The notes under the pieces were generated by a model. It was not told the DNA's origin. It made no database searches and saw nothing but the letters and a program-made list of their open reading frames with translations. From an uncultured Spirochaetota bacterium (lineage in GTDB: Bacteria; Spirochaetota; Spirochaetia; SZUA-6; Fen-1364): DNA of 64,000 nt. Shown here in pieces: positions 50,052 to 58,824 of this stretch. The DNA lies in assembly GCA_963734545.1 (NCBI GenBank), contig CAVTHO010000007.1, forward strand, positions 384,001 to 448,000, in the 5' to 3' direction. Numbering within the stretch: the first letter of the stretch is position 1; every line of letters starts with the position of its first letter. The translations under genes were made by a program, and so were the position numbers.

Positions 50052-51227
50052 ATGTCGTCAACAACTCTCGCCCCGGTCGTGGCGCCGGCACACACAACAG
50101 CGGCTGCAATTTACGGGATTTCCACAAGCGTCCCCACGACATCCTATACACAGCAGTTCGCCGTAGATTTTCTGCAGAAGCTTTCGGTCTTCTCCGATAA
50201 GCAGCGTCGGTTTCTTCGGCGTCTCTACCAGAACACGGCAATCGACAAGAGGCATACAGTCATCGACGATTACGGGAAAGATCCCTCCACGCACACCTTC
50301 TACCCGAAGAACGATCAGCTGCTGCCTGAGCCGGGGTTGGAGGCTCGCAACGACGTGTTCATTCGCGAATCCAATCGCCTGTCAGAACAGGCGGCACGAT
50401 CGCTTCTTTCATCACTGCCGCTGTTCGACCCGCACAAAATCACTCACCTCATTACGGTCACGTGCACCGGCTTTTCGGCTCCCGGATTCGACTATCACCT
50501 CGTGAATGCGCTGGGGCTTCGACAGGACATCAAGCGCTCCCACATCGGCTTCATGGGGTGCTATGCGGGGTTTCCCGCCATGAGGCTCGCCCGCGATATC
50601 TGTGTCGCGAACCCCGGTGCTCACGTGCTGATAGCAGCCGTGGAGCTGTGTTCCCTGCATTTCCAGCAAAAGACGGATCTTGATTTCATGATTGCCAATG
50701 CGCTTTTCGCAGACGGCGCCGCGGCTGTTCTTGTCGGGCCGGCCTCGGATGCCGAGCGGGGACAAAGCGAGGGCGGGTACTTCAGACAGGGCGCGCAGTT
50801 GGTGCTCAACGGCTTCGCGTCGCGGATTATTCCTGAAAGCGAACAGGACATGGCCTGGAAAATCGGCGAACACGCCTTTGACATGCGCGTGTCTGCCTAT
50901 GTCCCTCGACTCATCGAACAGAATATTCGATCGATAGTTGACGGCCTCCTCGGCGCCACGGATGCGACATTCGGCGATATCGACATTTGGGCCATACATC
51001 CGGGCGGCCGCGCAATTCTCGACCGAAGCGCGGCTGCGTTGGGCATCCCCGCGTCTGCGCTGATTCATTCGTACGAAGTCTTGCGCGAGTACGGGAACAT
51101 GAGCTCGGCAACCATTTTTTTTGTTCTCCAGCGAATTCTGAAAAGCAGCGAGCCCGGTACCGTTTTCGCCACCGCATTCGGTCCCGGGCTTACCGTAGAA
51201 TCAGGGCTCTTTCGAAAGCTCCCGTGA
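50052..51227 (+). CDS. Type III polyketide synthase
   Basis: Catalytic triad in MGCYAG, IHPGG and YGNMSS; also ELCSLH, LFADGAAA, FGPGL. Confidence 0.95.
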   Translation: MSSTTLAPVVAPAHTTAAAIYGISTSVPTTSYTQQFAVDFLQKLSVFSDKQRRFLRRLYQNTAIDKRHTVIDDYGKDPSTHTFYPKNDQLLPEPGLEARNDVFIRESNRLSEQAARSLLSSLPLFDPHKITHLITVTCTGFSAPGFDYHLVNALGLRQDIKRSHIGFMGCYAGFPAMRLARDICVANPGAHVLIAAVELCSLHFQQKTDLDFMIANALFADGAAAVLVGPASDAERGQSEGGYFRQGAQLVLNGFASRIIPESEQDMAWKIGEHAFDMRVSAYVPRLIEQNIRSIVDGLLGATDATFGDIDIWAIHPGGRAILDRSAAALGIPASALIHSYEVLREYGNMSSATIFFVLQRILKSSEPGTVFATAFGPGLTVESGLFRKLP

Positions 51228-52012
51228 CGCGCCCGCCGTTTCCATTCGTGCGCGGGAGAAGCAGGCTGCCTGAGCTGATGGACGGCCCGGACAGCGACCG
51301 TTGCCGCCTCCTTGCTACGCTGGCGCAGTTTCGACTGACGAACCGTTTGTTCTCCCGATATCGAACGTTCCTTACCCGGTATGTCATGCGCGACATGGAA
51401 TCGCTGCTGCGAGAGGGACCCGGACTTTCCAACAGGGAGCACAGCAGTTCGGGCCGGTCGTTCACGGTGCTCGAAATCGGCGCGGGCGGCTGCGATGTGG
51501 CGATCTGGCTGGCAGGAGCCTGCCGGAAGCGCGGAATCCAGGCGCACATAACCTGCATAGACAACGATGCGAGAATCGTGAGCTATGCGAGGCACCGAAT
51601 CCTGGCCTCCGGCGTTTCCGACAGGATCGAGATCCTGCAGCTTTCAGCGTTCGATGTCGACCAGCTCCCGGATTACGACTACGTGATCTGCCGGAACACC
51701 CTGCATCATTTTACTGAAGACCAGGCCTGCACGCTGCTTCGGCTGATGAGCAAGAAGGCGGCTCGATTGTTCTTTGCCAGCGATCTTGCACGATCGCGAG
51801 CCGCATGGATCGCATTCTGGGCCTTTTCCTCGATATTTCTTCACGGCAGCTTCGCGCGCTACGACGGACTGCTCTCCCTCGCGCGCGCCTTTGTCCGGAC
51901 CGAGCTTCACGCGCTGATACCCGCTGCAGGCACTCGATACCAGCCGCGTGTCCGCCGTTTCTTCCCTGCTTTGCTTTGTGTTGTCGGAGCAGGCACGGCG
52001 GGGGGAAGTTGA
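51224..52012 (+). CDS. SAM-dependent methyltransferase, PKS-associated type
   Basis: GTGA overlap with the PKS stop; ELMD, VLEIGAGG, LHHF, DL.RS, DGLLS..RAF. Confidence 0.85.
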   Translation: MTRPPFPFVRGRSRLPELMDGPDSDRCRLLATLAQFRLTNRLFSRYRTFLTRYVMRDMESLLREGPGLSNREHSSSGRSFTVLEIGAGGCDVAIWLAGACRKRGIQAHITCIDNDARIVSYARHRILASGVSDRIEILQLSAFDVDQLPDYDYVICRNTLHHFTEDQACTLLRLMSKKAARLFFASDLARSRAAWIAFWAFSSIFLHGSFARYDGLLSLARAFVRTELHALIPAAGTRYQPRVRRFFPALLCVVGAGTAGGS

Positions 52013-52114
52013 CGGACCGCACATCGCGGGGCCGTTTTCAGCAGGGTGAACGAGACCGCGCTGTACGCCATTCCCGCGCGTGCGGGGCAGAACAATCAGG
52101 GAAATGCTCTCATT

Positions 52115-52187
52115 TAGCGGCGAGGGGACTCGAACCCTTGACACTGCGGATATGAGCCGCATGCTCTACCATCTGAGCTACGCCGCC
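52115..52187 (-). tRNA. tRNA-Met (CAT), probably elongator
   Basis: GGCGGCGTAGCTCAG...TGCGG-CTCATAT-CCGCA...GGTTCGAGTCC...GCCGCTA. An Ile2 (lysidine) identity is not fully excluded. Confidence 0.9.
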
Positions 52188-52206
52188 ATGATATTCTTGC
52201 GCCGGG

Positions 52207-52235
52207 ACTATAGCGGCGGGTGGTGTATTTGTCAA
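52207..52235 (-). promoter_or_regulatory. sigma70 promoter of tRNA-Met
   Basis: TTGACA-17 bp-TATAGT on the minus strand. Confidence 0.8.
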
Positions 52236-52358
52236 TCGTTGCAGCCGCGATACCTCACTTGACCCCGCTCCGGCCTGAAAGTAAGATGCTCGAAATGGCG
52301 TCGCCTCCCGATTCGACGAATCGCAGTCCCGCGGACGCTCTTGCCCGAAGGGACCGCC

Positions 52359-52751
52359 GTGGAGCATAAGTGCGGACTCACGGTCCGGTCATACGAGTGC
52401 GATGGATACGGTCACGTCAACAATGCCAATTACCTTCATTACCTCGAGTTTGCGCGGCATGAATATCTGCGCGACAACGGCATATCCCTCTCGGAGCTGC
52501 GCGAATCCGGCTACGGGCTCGTCGTTGCCCGCATTGCCATCGATTTCCGACGGCCGTCAACGACTGACGACTCTCTCCTCATCCTGACCCATCCATTGCG
52601 CAAGACCAGGATCGGGGGAGTTCTTGCCCAGCGAATCATGCGTGAAGCGGAGACCGTTGCCGAGGCGGAGGTGACCTGGGTCTGTGTCGATGCGCGCGGC
52701 AAGCTCGCGCGGCTTCCCGCGGCGTTCGACCGCGAGGGCCTGTCACCGTGA
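52359..52751 (+). CDS. Acyl-CoA thioesterase (YbgC/FcbC hotdog family)
   Basis: VRSYECDGYGHVNNANYLHYLEFAR; promoter TTGACC-17-TAAGAT at 52259-52287. Confidence 0.9.
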   Translation: MEHKCGLTVRSYECDGYGHVNNANYLHYLEFARHEYLRDNGISLSELRESGYGLVVARIAIDFRRPSTTDDSLLILTHPLRKTRIGGVLAQRIMREAETVAEAEVTWVCVDARGKLARLPAAFDREGLSP

Positions 52752-53671
52752 AGGTGCCGGCGCGGTTGTCCACGCTCTTCATCAGCGCCCTTTCCCAGTC
52801 GATGTCGGTGGAGCTGATGGAAAAGGTTGCACGGACTGTTATCCCGGACTATGACGTGCACGAGCGCTCGGGGTTTCCTTCCAATATCCCCATGCCGCGG
52901 GCGGACGCGGCGCGGCACATCCTCAAGGATATTACGCAGGAAGGCTACTTCCTCAAGCTCATCGAGGCACTGATCGAGGTCACCTCCCGCGGCGACATGG
53001 GCAGGGAGGTGCGGATACCTCTTCTCTCCCGCATCGTGTCCGAGGTGGAGGACCAGGGCTACAGCTACAGCAGGGAAAAAGGGGTCTTCATAGAAGCGGG
53101 CAAGGGCGCGCGCACAATGGGGTGGGGGACCTTGCGGGAGGGGAGGTCGTACGAGTTCGCTTTGCTCCGCGTGGACATTGCAGGCAATTCAGAGCTCGTC
53201 CGCCGCTATCCGAAGACGCGCATAGACGCCGTGTTCGGGACCCTGAGAGAGCTCGTGACGAGGATCGTGGAAAAACGGGACGGCCGCATCTGGAGCTGGG
53301 AAGGTGACGGCGGACTTGCGGCCTTCTATTTCATGGACAAGACGATCCAGGCCACGCTGTGCGGGATGGAGGTCGTCCATGAGCTCCTGCTGCAGAACCT
53401 GCTCTCCGGGGCGCTCCCGGAGCCTTTGCTTGTGCGGCTCGCCGTGCACGCCGGTCCGTGCCGGTTCCTGGCCTCCGCCAAGGAGTCCGGGGGTGACACC
53501 ATACGCAGGGTGGAAATGCTGGAGTCCGCCTACACAGCACCCGGCAGCCTGACCGTATCGCCGGGGGTTTTCACTGACCTCGGAAGCAAGCTTTCCCCGC
53601 TTTTCGTTGCAGTGCCCGGACCTGACAACAGCAGCGTCTTCAGATACGCCCTGGAGTGGGAGAAGAAATGA
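52748..53671 (+). CDS. Class III nucleotide cyclase domain protein with an N-terminal helical domain
   Basis: LRVDIAGNS, WEGDGGLAAF, VRLAVHAG. Confidence 0.75.
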   Translation: MKVPARLSTLFISALSQSMSVELMEKVARTVIPDYDVHERSGFPSNIPMPRADAARHILKDITQEGYFLKLIEALIEVTSRGDMGREVRIPLLSRIVSEVEDQGYSYSREKGVFIEAGKGARTMGWGTLREGRSYEFALLRVDIAGNSELVRRYPKTRIDAVFGTLRELVTRIVEKRDGRIWSWEGDGGLAAFYFMDKTIQATLCGMEVVHELLLQNLLSGALPEPLLVRLAVHAGPCRFLASAKESGGDTIRRVEMLESAYTAPGSLTVSPGVFTDLGSKLSPLFVAVPGPDNSSVFRYALEWEKK

Positions 53672-54690
53672 AGGTACTCGTCTTTTCCAGAGCTCCCGCT
53701 GCCATCCTCCGCATGCTTTCGGCCCGTGTGCGGAAAGATATGAATCTCGAAGTATTCTCCCTCTCCGCGCTGCGACAATCCCTCCCTTCCCCTGCGGAGA
53801 CAGCCCTTGTCTACGTGGATGTCCGCGGCCTCAGCGACAAGGAGCGGGGGAAGGCGTTGTCCGAGATCGCGAAGAATCCGAAGGTGTGCTTCGGCGTGCT
53901 CGATCCCATGGGCACCGTGAAGGACATTGCGGCCCTGTTCCATTCAGGCGCGGTGGACTATATCGGGAAGAAGCTCACCCTCGCGGCATTCACTGCGAAG
54001 CGCGCGGCGGCGGTAGCAGAGTACGCGCGCAGCGCCTATGGCGGGCAGGACGGCGCCGGAACGGGGAATGGGGAGACGCCCGAGTCCGTCCCCGCCTCGG
54101 ACGGGTGGCTGGATGTCGTGCCGGGCAGGGAACACCGCTTCGCATTCCTTTTCGTGGAGGTCGATGACGCGGAGGAGCTGAAGAAAAAGCACGAGCCGGA
54201 AAATCTCGCAAACGCCATGGAGACTTTTCGCGGTTTCGTCGAGAGGGTAGTCCAGCAGCACGGCGGCAGGCTCTGGATGTGGGGCCGATTCGGCGGGCTC
54301 GCGCTTTTCCCCCTGCGCAACTCGACGTGCGCGGCTCCGCTGTGCGGACTCCGCATCATCCTGTCGCGCGTATTCTATGACGTCGAAGAATCGCTTCTGC
54401 CGGGGCGCCTTGTTTTCCACATGGCACTCTCCGTAGGAACCACCGTCTATCAGAAAGGCGATACCGGAAGGATCGTCTCGGACGGTGTCAATTCGATCTT
54501 TCATCTGGGCCGCAAATACGCGCAACCGGGGCAGTTCCTGCTCACCGCGGAGGCGAGCGAGCTCGCCCCCTCGGCGCTGCGCGCCTACCTGGTTCCCGCG
54601 GGGTCCTTCGAAGGCAGCCGCATCATGCGCATGCTGCGGCCGCGGCCCTCCCGCGCCGCACGGGCCGGCAGTTCCTCATGGGAGACCTGA
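53668..54690 (+). CDS. Receiver-like domain plus degenerate class III cyclase domain protein
   Basis: GAVDYI.K receiver-like end; FAFLFVEVDD, HGGRLW, MALSVG, DGVNSIFHL. Confidence 0.65.
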   Translation: MKVLVFSRAPAAILRMLSARVRKDMNLEVFSLSALRQSLPSPAETALVYVDVRGLSDKERGKALSEIAKNPKVCFGVLDPMGTVKDIAALFHSGAVDYIGKKLTLAAFTAKRAAAVAEYARSAYGGQDGAGTGNGETPESVPASDGWLDVVPGREHRFAFLFVEVDDAEELKKKHEPENLANAMETFRGFVERVVQQHGGRLWMWGRFGGLALFPLRNSTCAAPLCGLRIILSRVFYDVEESLLPGRLVFHMALSVGTTVYQKGDTGRIVSDGVNSIFHLGRKYAQPGQFLLTAEASELAPSALRAYLVPAGSFEGSRIMRMLRPRPSRAARAGSSSWET

Positions 54691-56684
54691 GGGCGCTTCT
54701 GAGAGTGCAGCAGAGGTTTCTGCTGCTCGTCATCCTGTGTCTTGCGTTTACCGCCGTGGCGGGGGTTTTCTTCGTGCGGTCCCTCCTGAAGCCGGAAACA
54801 GGCCTTGTCGGATACTACCCCGAGGTCGAGGTGCAGGGGGACGATGTGGTCTATTCCCCCACCGCGCCCTTCTCCCCTGCCATGATGAGCGGGCTCCTCC
54901 CGGGGAGGGACTCAATTCTCTCCCTGAACGGTGTGCCTGTTGCCGGAAGCCGGGACCTCCTCCGCGCTCTCTCGACGGTAACGCGGTTCGAGCCCGTTCC
55001 CGTCACCGTGCGCAGGGACCGGGATGCCGTGCTGACGCTGCAGCTGCATCCGGTCTTTGTCCCGACCAGGATCGACTGGGCTTTTGTTCTTATCTTCTGC
55101 CTTGCGCTGGCGACCGCTGCATTCACGCTTTCCTGGCGTCTCCCTCAGGAGCCAGGCACCCCGGCCCTCGTGCTGTCCGCGCTCCTCACTCTCCTTTTTA
55201 CGTGCGTGAAACCCTTCGCGTACGAAGGCGTCGTCTCGAATCTGCTCTTCAATCTGGGGAACGTTTCTGCCTGGCTTCTCGTCGTCTTCGCAATGCACTT
55301 TCCGCGGGAGCGCGGCCCGAGGGCGATCCGTGCGGGTGTCGTCTCTCTCCTGCTCGGCCTCTACGCCGTGTTTTGCGCTTTGAGGGTCACCCTGTACGCG
55401 CGATGGATGGCGGGCGGTCTGGAGTCGACGCTCACCGACTACAAGCTCATCGGTCAGATAGGCAACTTCTCGGACGGGGTTTCCTACGCGGTTCTCGCCG
55501 TGCTCCTGGTAACCGCCTACAGAAAGGCCGCCGTTTCCCGTGACCGCACGATGCTGCAGTGGCTGATCGCGGGCATGCTCCTTTCCCTCCCGCCCTACTT
55601 CTTCTTTGATCAGCTTCCGCTGATCATCGGAGGGACGACCATGCGTGTCGGTCTGGGTTCGATTGCGCAGCTTTTTCTGTCCATTCTGCCCGTATTCCTG
55701 ATGATCGGGCTTACGCGCTACCGGGCCTTCAATTTCAGATTCTTCATGAATCGTTACGCCCTCTATGGCACTCTTTTCCTCCTGATGATCACGCTGTTCG
55801 CCGTGCTGTACCTGCCGCTGAGGGCCGCTCTGGAGAGGGGGTACACGGTCGGTGCGCCTCTGCCCGAGCTGTTCGCCGCAGGCACCATCCTGATCATGCT
55901 TGCACTCCTGCGGATCCCGCTCGAATGGCTGATCTCGAGGTGGACATGGCTTGCCCCGCGCGGATTCCCGCGTGCGGCGGCCGACGGCTCCGTGCCCATC
56001 GTGCCGACTCACCGGCGGGAAGAGGGGCAATCGCCGCACGCACGGAAACTCGCGGAGGTGCGCGCGATCATGCGCGGATTCGTCGGCGCCTTGCGCGATC
56101 CCGTCCGCCGGCTGACCCTGCCGCTCCCGCAGAAGGGCACGCGCGAGCAGCAGGAAGCCGGAGCCCTGGTCAGCGACCTTCTGTCCACGCTCGATTCGCT
56201 CGCCGGCTCCGCTTCCACCATCCGCGGCTCAGCGACGGCGGAATCGGTGGCCCTCAGGGCGGTACAGCGCGTGCGAAGTCGTTTCGCGTCCACGGAGTTC
56301 CAGGTCACGGGAGGCTGCTCCGTGCGTCTGACCTGGTATCCGGAGGAGCTCGTCCAGGCTGTGTGCTGCGTGCTGGCAAACGCGGCAGAGGCGCAGGATC
56401 GAGACGCGCACCCGATCGTGGTCGGGGTGTCGTCCGATTCCGAGCGCGTGTGGATTGAAGTGACAGATTGCGGCCCGGGAATCGATCCGAGGGCCCAGCG
56501 AAAGTTGTTCACCCCGTTTTTTACGACCAAGCCCGGCCACCATGGAATCGGACTGTACTTCGCCCGGCTCATAGTCGAGAGAAACCAGGGGACCATCGAA
56601 ATCAGGCCGAGCGAGGCAGGCGGCACGCGCGTGGTGCTCGCATTCCCCCGTGAGGCCGCCGGGGGCTCGAGGGAGACGCCGTGA
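54678..56684 (+). CDS. Membrane sensor with periplasmic PDZ, multiple TMs and a HATPase domain (histidine-kinase-like)
   Basis: SPA..SGL.PG.D.I..LNG PDZ; N box LANAAEA, G1 DCGPGI, F box FTPFFTTK, G2 GIGL. Confidence 0.82.
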   Translation: MGDLRALLRVQQRFLLLVILCLAFTAVAGVFFVRSLLKPETGLVGYYPEVEVQGDDVVYSPTAPFSPAMMSGLLPGRDSILSLNGVPVAGSRDLLRALSTVTRFEPVPVTVRRDRDAVLTLQLHPVFVPTRIDWAFVLIFCLALATAAFTLSWRLPQEPGTPALVLSALLTLLFTCVKPFAYEGVVSNLLFNLGNVSAWLLVVFAMHFPRERGPRAIRAGVVSLLLGLYAVFCALRVTLYARWMAGGLESTLTDYKLIGQIGNFSDGVSYAVLAVLLVTAYRKAAVSRDRTMLQWLIAGMLLSLPPYFFFDQLPLIIGGTTMRVGLGSIAQLFLSILPVFLMIGLTRYRAFNFRFFMNRYALYGTLFLLMITLFAVLYLPLRAALERGYTVGAPLPELFAAGTILIMLALLRIPLEWLISRWTWLAPRGFPRAAADGSVPIVPTHRREEGQSPHARKLAEVRAIMRGFVGALRDPVRRLTLPLPQKGTREQQEAGALVSDLLSTLDSLAGSASTIRGSATAESVALRAVQRVRSRFASTEFQVTGGCSVRLTWYPEELVQAVCCVLANAAEAQDRDAHPIVVGVSSDSERVWIEVTDCGPGIDPRAQRKLFTPFFTTKPGHHGIGLYFARLIVERNQGTIEIRPSEAGGTRVVLAFPREAAGGSRETP

Positions 56685-57145
56685 GTGAGAGCATCGAGAT
56701 CTGGACCGACGGAGGGTGTCAGGGCAATCCGGGGCCCGGCGGCTGGGCCTACGTGATCAGCTCTGCGCAGGGGACCAGGGAGCGCATGGGGTTCGAGCCT
56801 CTGACGACCAACAACAGGATGGAATTGACCGCGGTGCGTGAAGCACTGAAAGAGCTCTCCGCGAATGCGCGATGGCGCGGGCTCCCCGTCACTATCAGCA
56901 CGGATTCCCAATACGTGCAGAAGGGGATCACCGAATGGATCCACGCGTGGGCCCGCAATGGGTGGAAGACCAGCGCGAAAAAGCCGGTGAAAAATGTCGA
57001 GCTCTGGTCTGAGCTGTGGAATCTCTCCGGAAATCTCCCGCTTCGGTGGATCTGGGTGATGGGACACGCGGGCAACGCGATGAACGAACGCTGCGATTTT
57101 CTCGTCCAGCAGGCAATTGCGCAGGGGCTCAAGCGGCAGGACTGA
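56681..57145 (+). CDS. rnhA: Ribonuclease HI
   Basis: TDGGC.GNPGPGG, TTNNRMEL, TDSQY, GHAG...NERCD. Confidence 0.96.
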   Translation: MSESIEIWTDGGCQGNPGPGGWAYVISSAQGTRERMGFEPLTTNNRMELTAVREALKELSANARWRGLPVTISTDSQYVQKGITEWIHAWARNGWKTSAKKPVKNVELWSELWNLSGNLPLRWIWVMGHAGNAMNERCDFLVQQAIAQGLKRQD

Positions 57146-57174
57146 CCTCCCCGTCCATTGGAAGGGGAGGAGAC

Positions 57175-58764
57175 ATGCTCGCTGTCGTCTCGAGCCATGC
57201 CCCCATCGGCATGGAGGGAGAGCTCGTTTCCGTGGAAGTGGACATCCGCCGCGGTCTGCCGGGGATCGACGTGGTCGGCCTTCCGGACGGAGCGGTGCGG
57301 GAATCGAAGGACAGGGTCCGGGTCGCAATTCGCAACAGCGGCTTTTCGTTTCCGCCGGAGAGAATTCTCATATCACTTGCGCCTGCCGGAGTGCGCAAGG
57401 AAGGCGCCTCGTTCGATCTTCCAATCGCGCTCGGAATCCTGGCGGCATCTGGTCAGATCCTGCCAGAAGGCATCGGGTATGCAATGGTGCTCGGAGAGCT
57501 CAACCTGGGCGGCGGGGTCCGTCCGGTCCACGGAGTCCTCTCGGCGGTGGGCACCGGGCTGGCGGCGGGCCTCCGCACCTTTCTCGTGCCAAGGGAGAAT
57601 CTCCGGGAAGCGCGCGCACTGGGGAAAGGGACGGTGGCCGGCATCGGCTCGCTGAGGGAAGCGGCGCTCGCCCTTTCGCAACCGGGAATCGAGAATACCG
57701 GAGCCGTGCCCGGTGTCGGGGAACCTGAGCCTGCGCCTGCGGCGGCGGACTGGTACGAGGGCGGAGACCTTTCTGACATTCGAGGGCATGCACAGCTCAA
57801 AAGGGCGCTCGAGGTGGCAGCGGCGGGAAGACACCATGTGCTGCTGTTCGGGCCCCCGGGCAGCGGGAAGACCATGGCTGCGCGGCGCCTTCCCTCCCTT
57901 CTGCCGCTTCTGGACCGGGAGGAGGCGCTGGCGGTGACCCGCATACACTCCATCGCCGGGGCGCTGCCTGCGGACGCGGGCCTCGTGCAGCGGCCTCCGT
58001 TCCGCATGCCGCACCATACCGCGTCGAGTGAAGGGATCATAGGCGGGGGCAGGCTGCTCAAGCCGGGAGAAGCCTCGCTCGCCCACCATGGCATCCTGTT
58101 CCTGGACGAGGCGCCCGAGTTCGGAATGCGTCTTCTCCAGAGCCTGCGGGAGCCCATCGAGGACGGCTGGATATCGATTGCGCGCGCCGGATCGACCGTG
58201 CGGTACCCCGCGTGTCTTCAGCTTGTGCTCGCCTTCAACCCCTGTCCATGCGGCAACCTCGGCAGGGCACATCACGCCTGTATCTGCAGCCCCACGGAAG
58301 TGCACCGGTACTGGCGGCGCGTCGGCGGCGCTCTGCTGGACAGGATCGACGTGCGCGTTCCCCTTTCTCCGGTCCCTCCTGCAGAAATGTGCGCCCCTGT
58401 CCGGCCCGGCGCATCAGATGAGGCGAGACTGCGCGTCAGGCAGGCCATTGCCCTCCAGAAAAAGAGATTCGCAGGGCTGGGATTCTGCACAAATGGCCGC
58501 ATTCCCGCCGGACTGATGGAGAAATTCTGCCCTCTTGATGAAGAATGTCGGCGCGTGCTCCAGAAAGCCTCGGGTACGCTCGGCGTGTCTTCCCGTGCCT
58601 TTCATTCGATTCTGCGGATGGCACGCACGATAGCGGACCTGGAGGGGGCGGAGAGGATCGCGGAATCGCATCTGCGGGAAGCAATCCAGCACAGGCGGTA
58701 CGGGGATGGGGATTTCTACTGGGTGAAGGCGCGGCGGGAGGGGGCCTCAGGCACCGGAGATTGA
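57175..58764 (+). CDS. comM: YifB/ComM Mg-chelatase-like AAA+ ATPase
   Basis: VGLPD.AVRES, FDLPIA, GPPGSGKT, PHHT, LFLDE, NPCPCG, LLDRID. Confidence 0.92.
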   Translation: MLAVVSSHAPIGMEGELVSVEVDIRRGLPGIDVVGLPDGAVRESKDRVRVAIRNSGFSFPPERILISLAPAGVRKEGASFDLPIALGILAASGQILPEGIGYAMVLGELNLGGGVRPVHGVLSAVGTGLAAGLRTFLVPRENLREARALGKGTVAGIGSLREAALALSQPGIENTGAVPGVGEPEPAPAAADWYEGGDLSDIRGHAQLKRALEVAAAGRHHVLLFGPPGSGKTMAARRLPSLLPLLDREEALAVTRIHSIAGALPADAGLVQRPPFRMPHHTASSEGIIGGGRLLKPGEASLAHHGILFLDEAPEFGMRLLQSLREPIEDGWISIARAGSTVRYPACLQLVLAFNPCPCGNLGRAHHACICSPTEVHRYWRRVGGALLDRIDVRVPLSPVPPAEMCAPVRPGASDEARLRVRQAIALQKKRFAGLGFCTNGRIPAGLMEKFCPLDEECRRVLQKASGTLGVSSRAFHSILRMARTIADLEGAERIAESHLREAIQHRRYGDGDFYWVKARREGASGTGD

Positions 58765-58824
58765 GATTCCGATATTGAAGGTCGTGCCGAGTTGCGGCTA
58801 TTATTTCACCCAGAGGTGATGACC

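Noticed and set aside
42616-52102. 11-bp direct repeat ACAATCAGGGA near both tRNA genes as possible att sites
   Set aside because: It is short, one copy lies inside the tRNA promoter, it is not a tRNA 3'-end duplication, and there is no integrase. Chance is a sufficient explanation.
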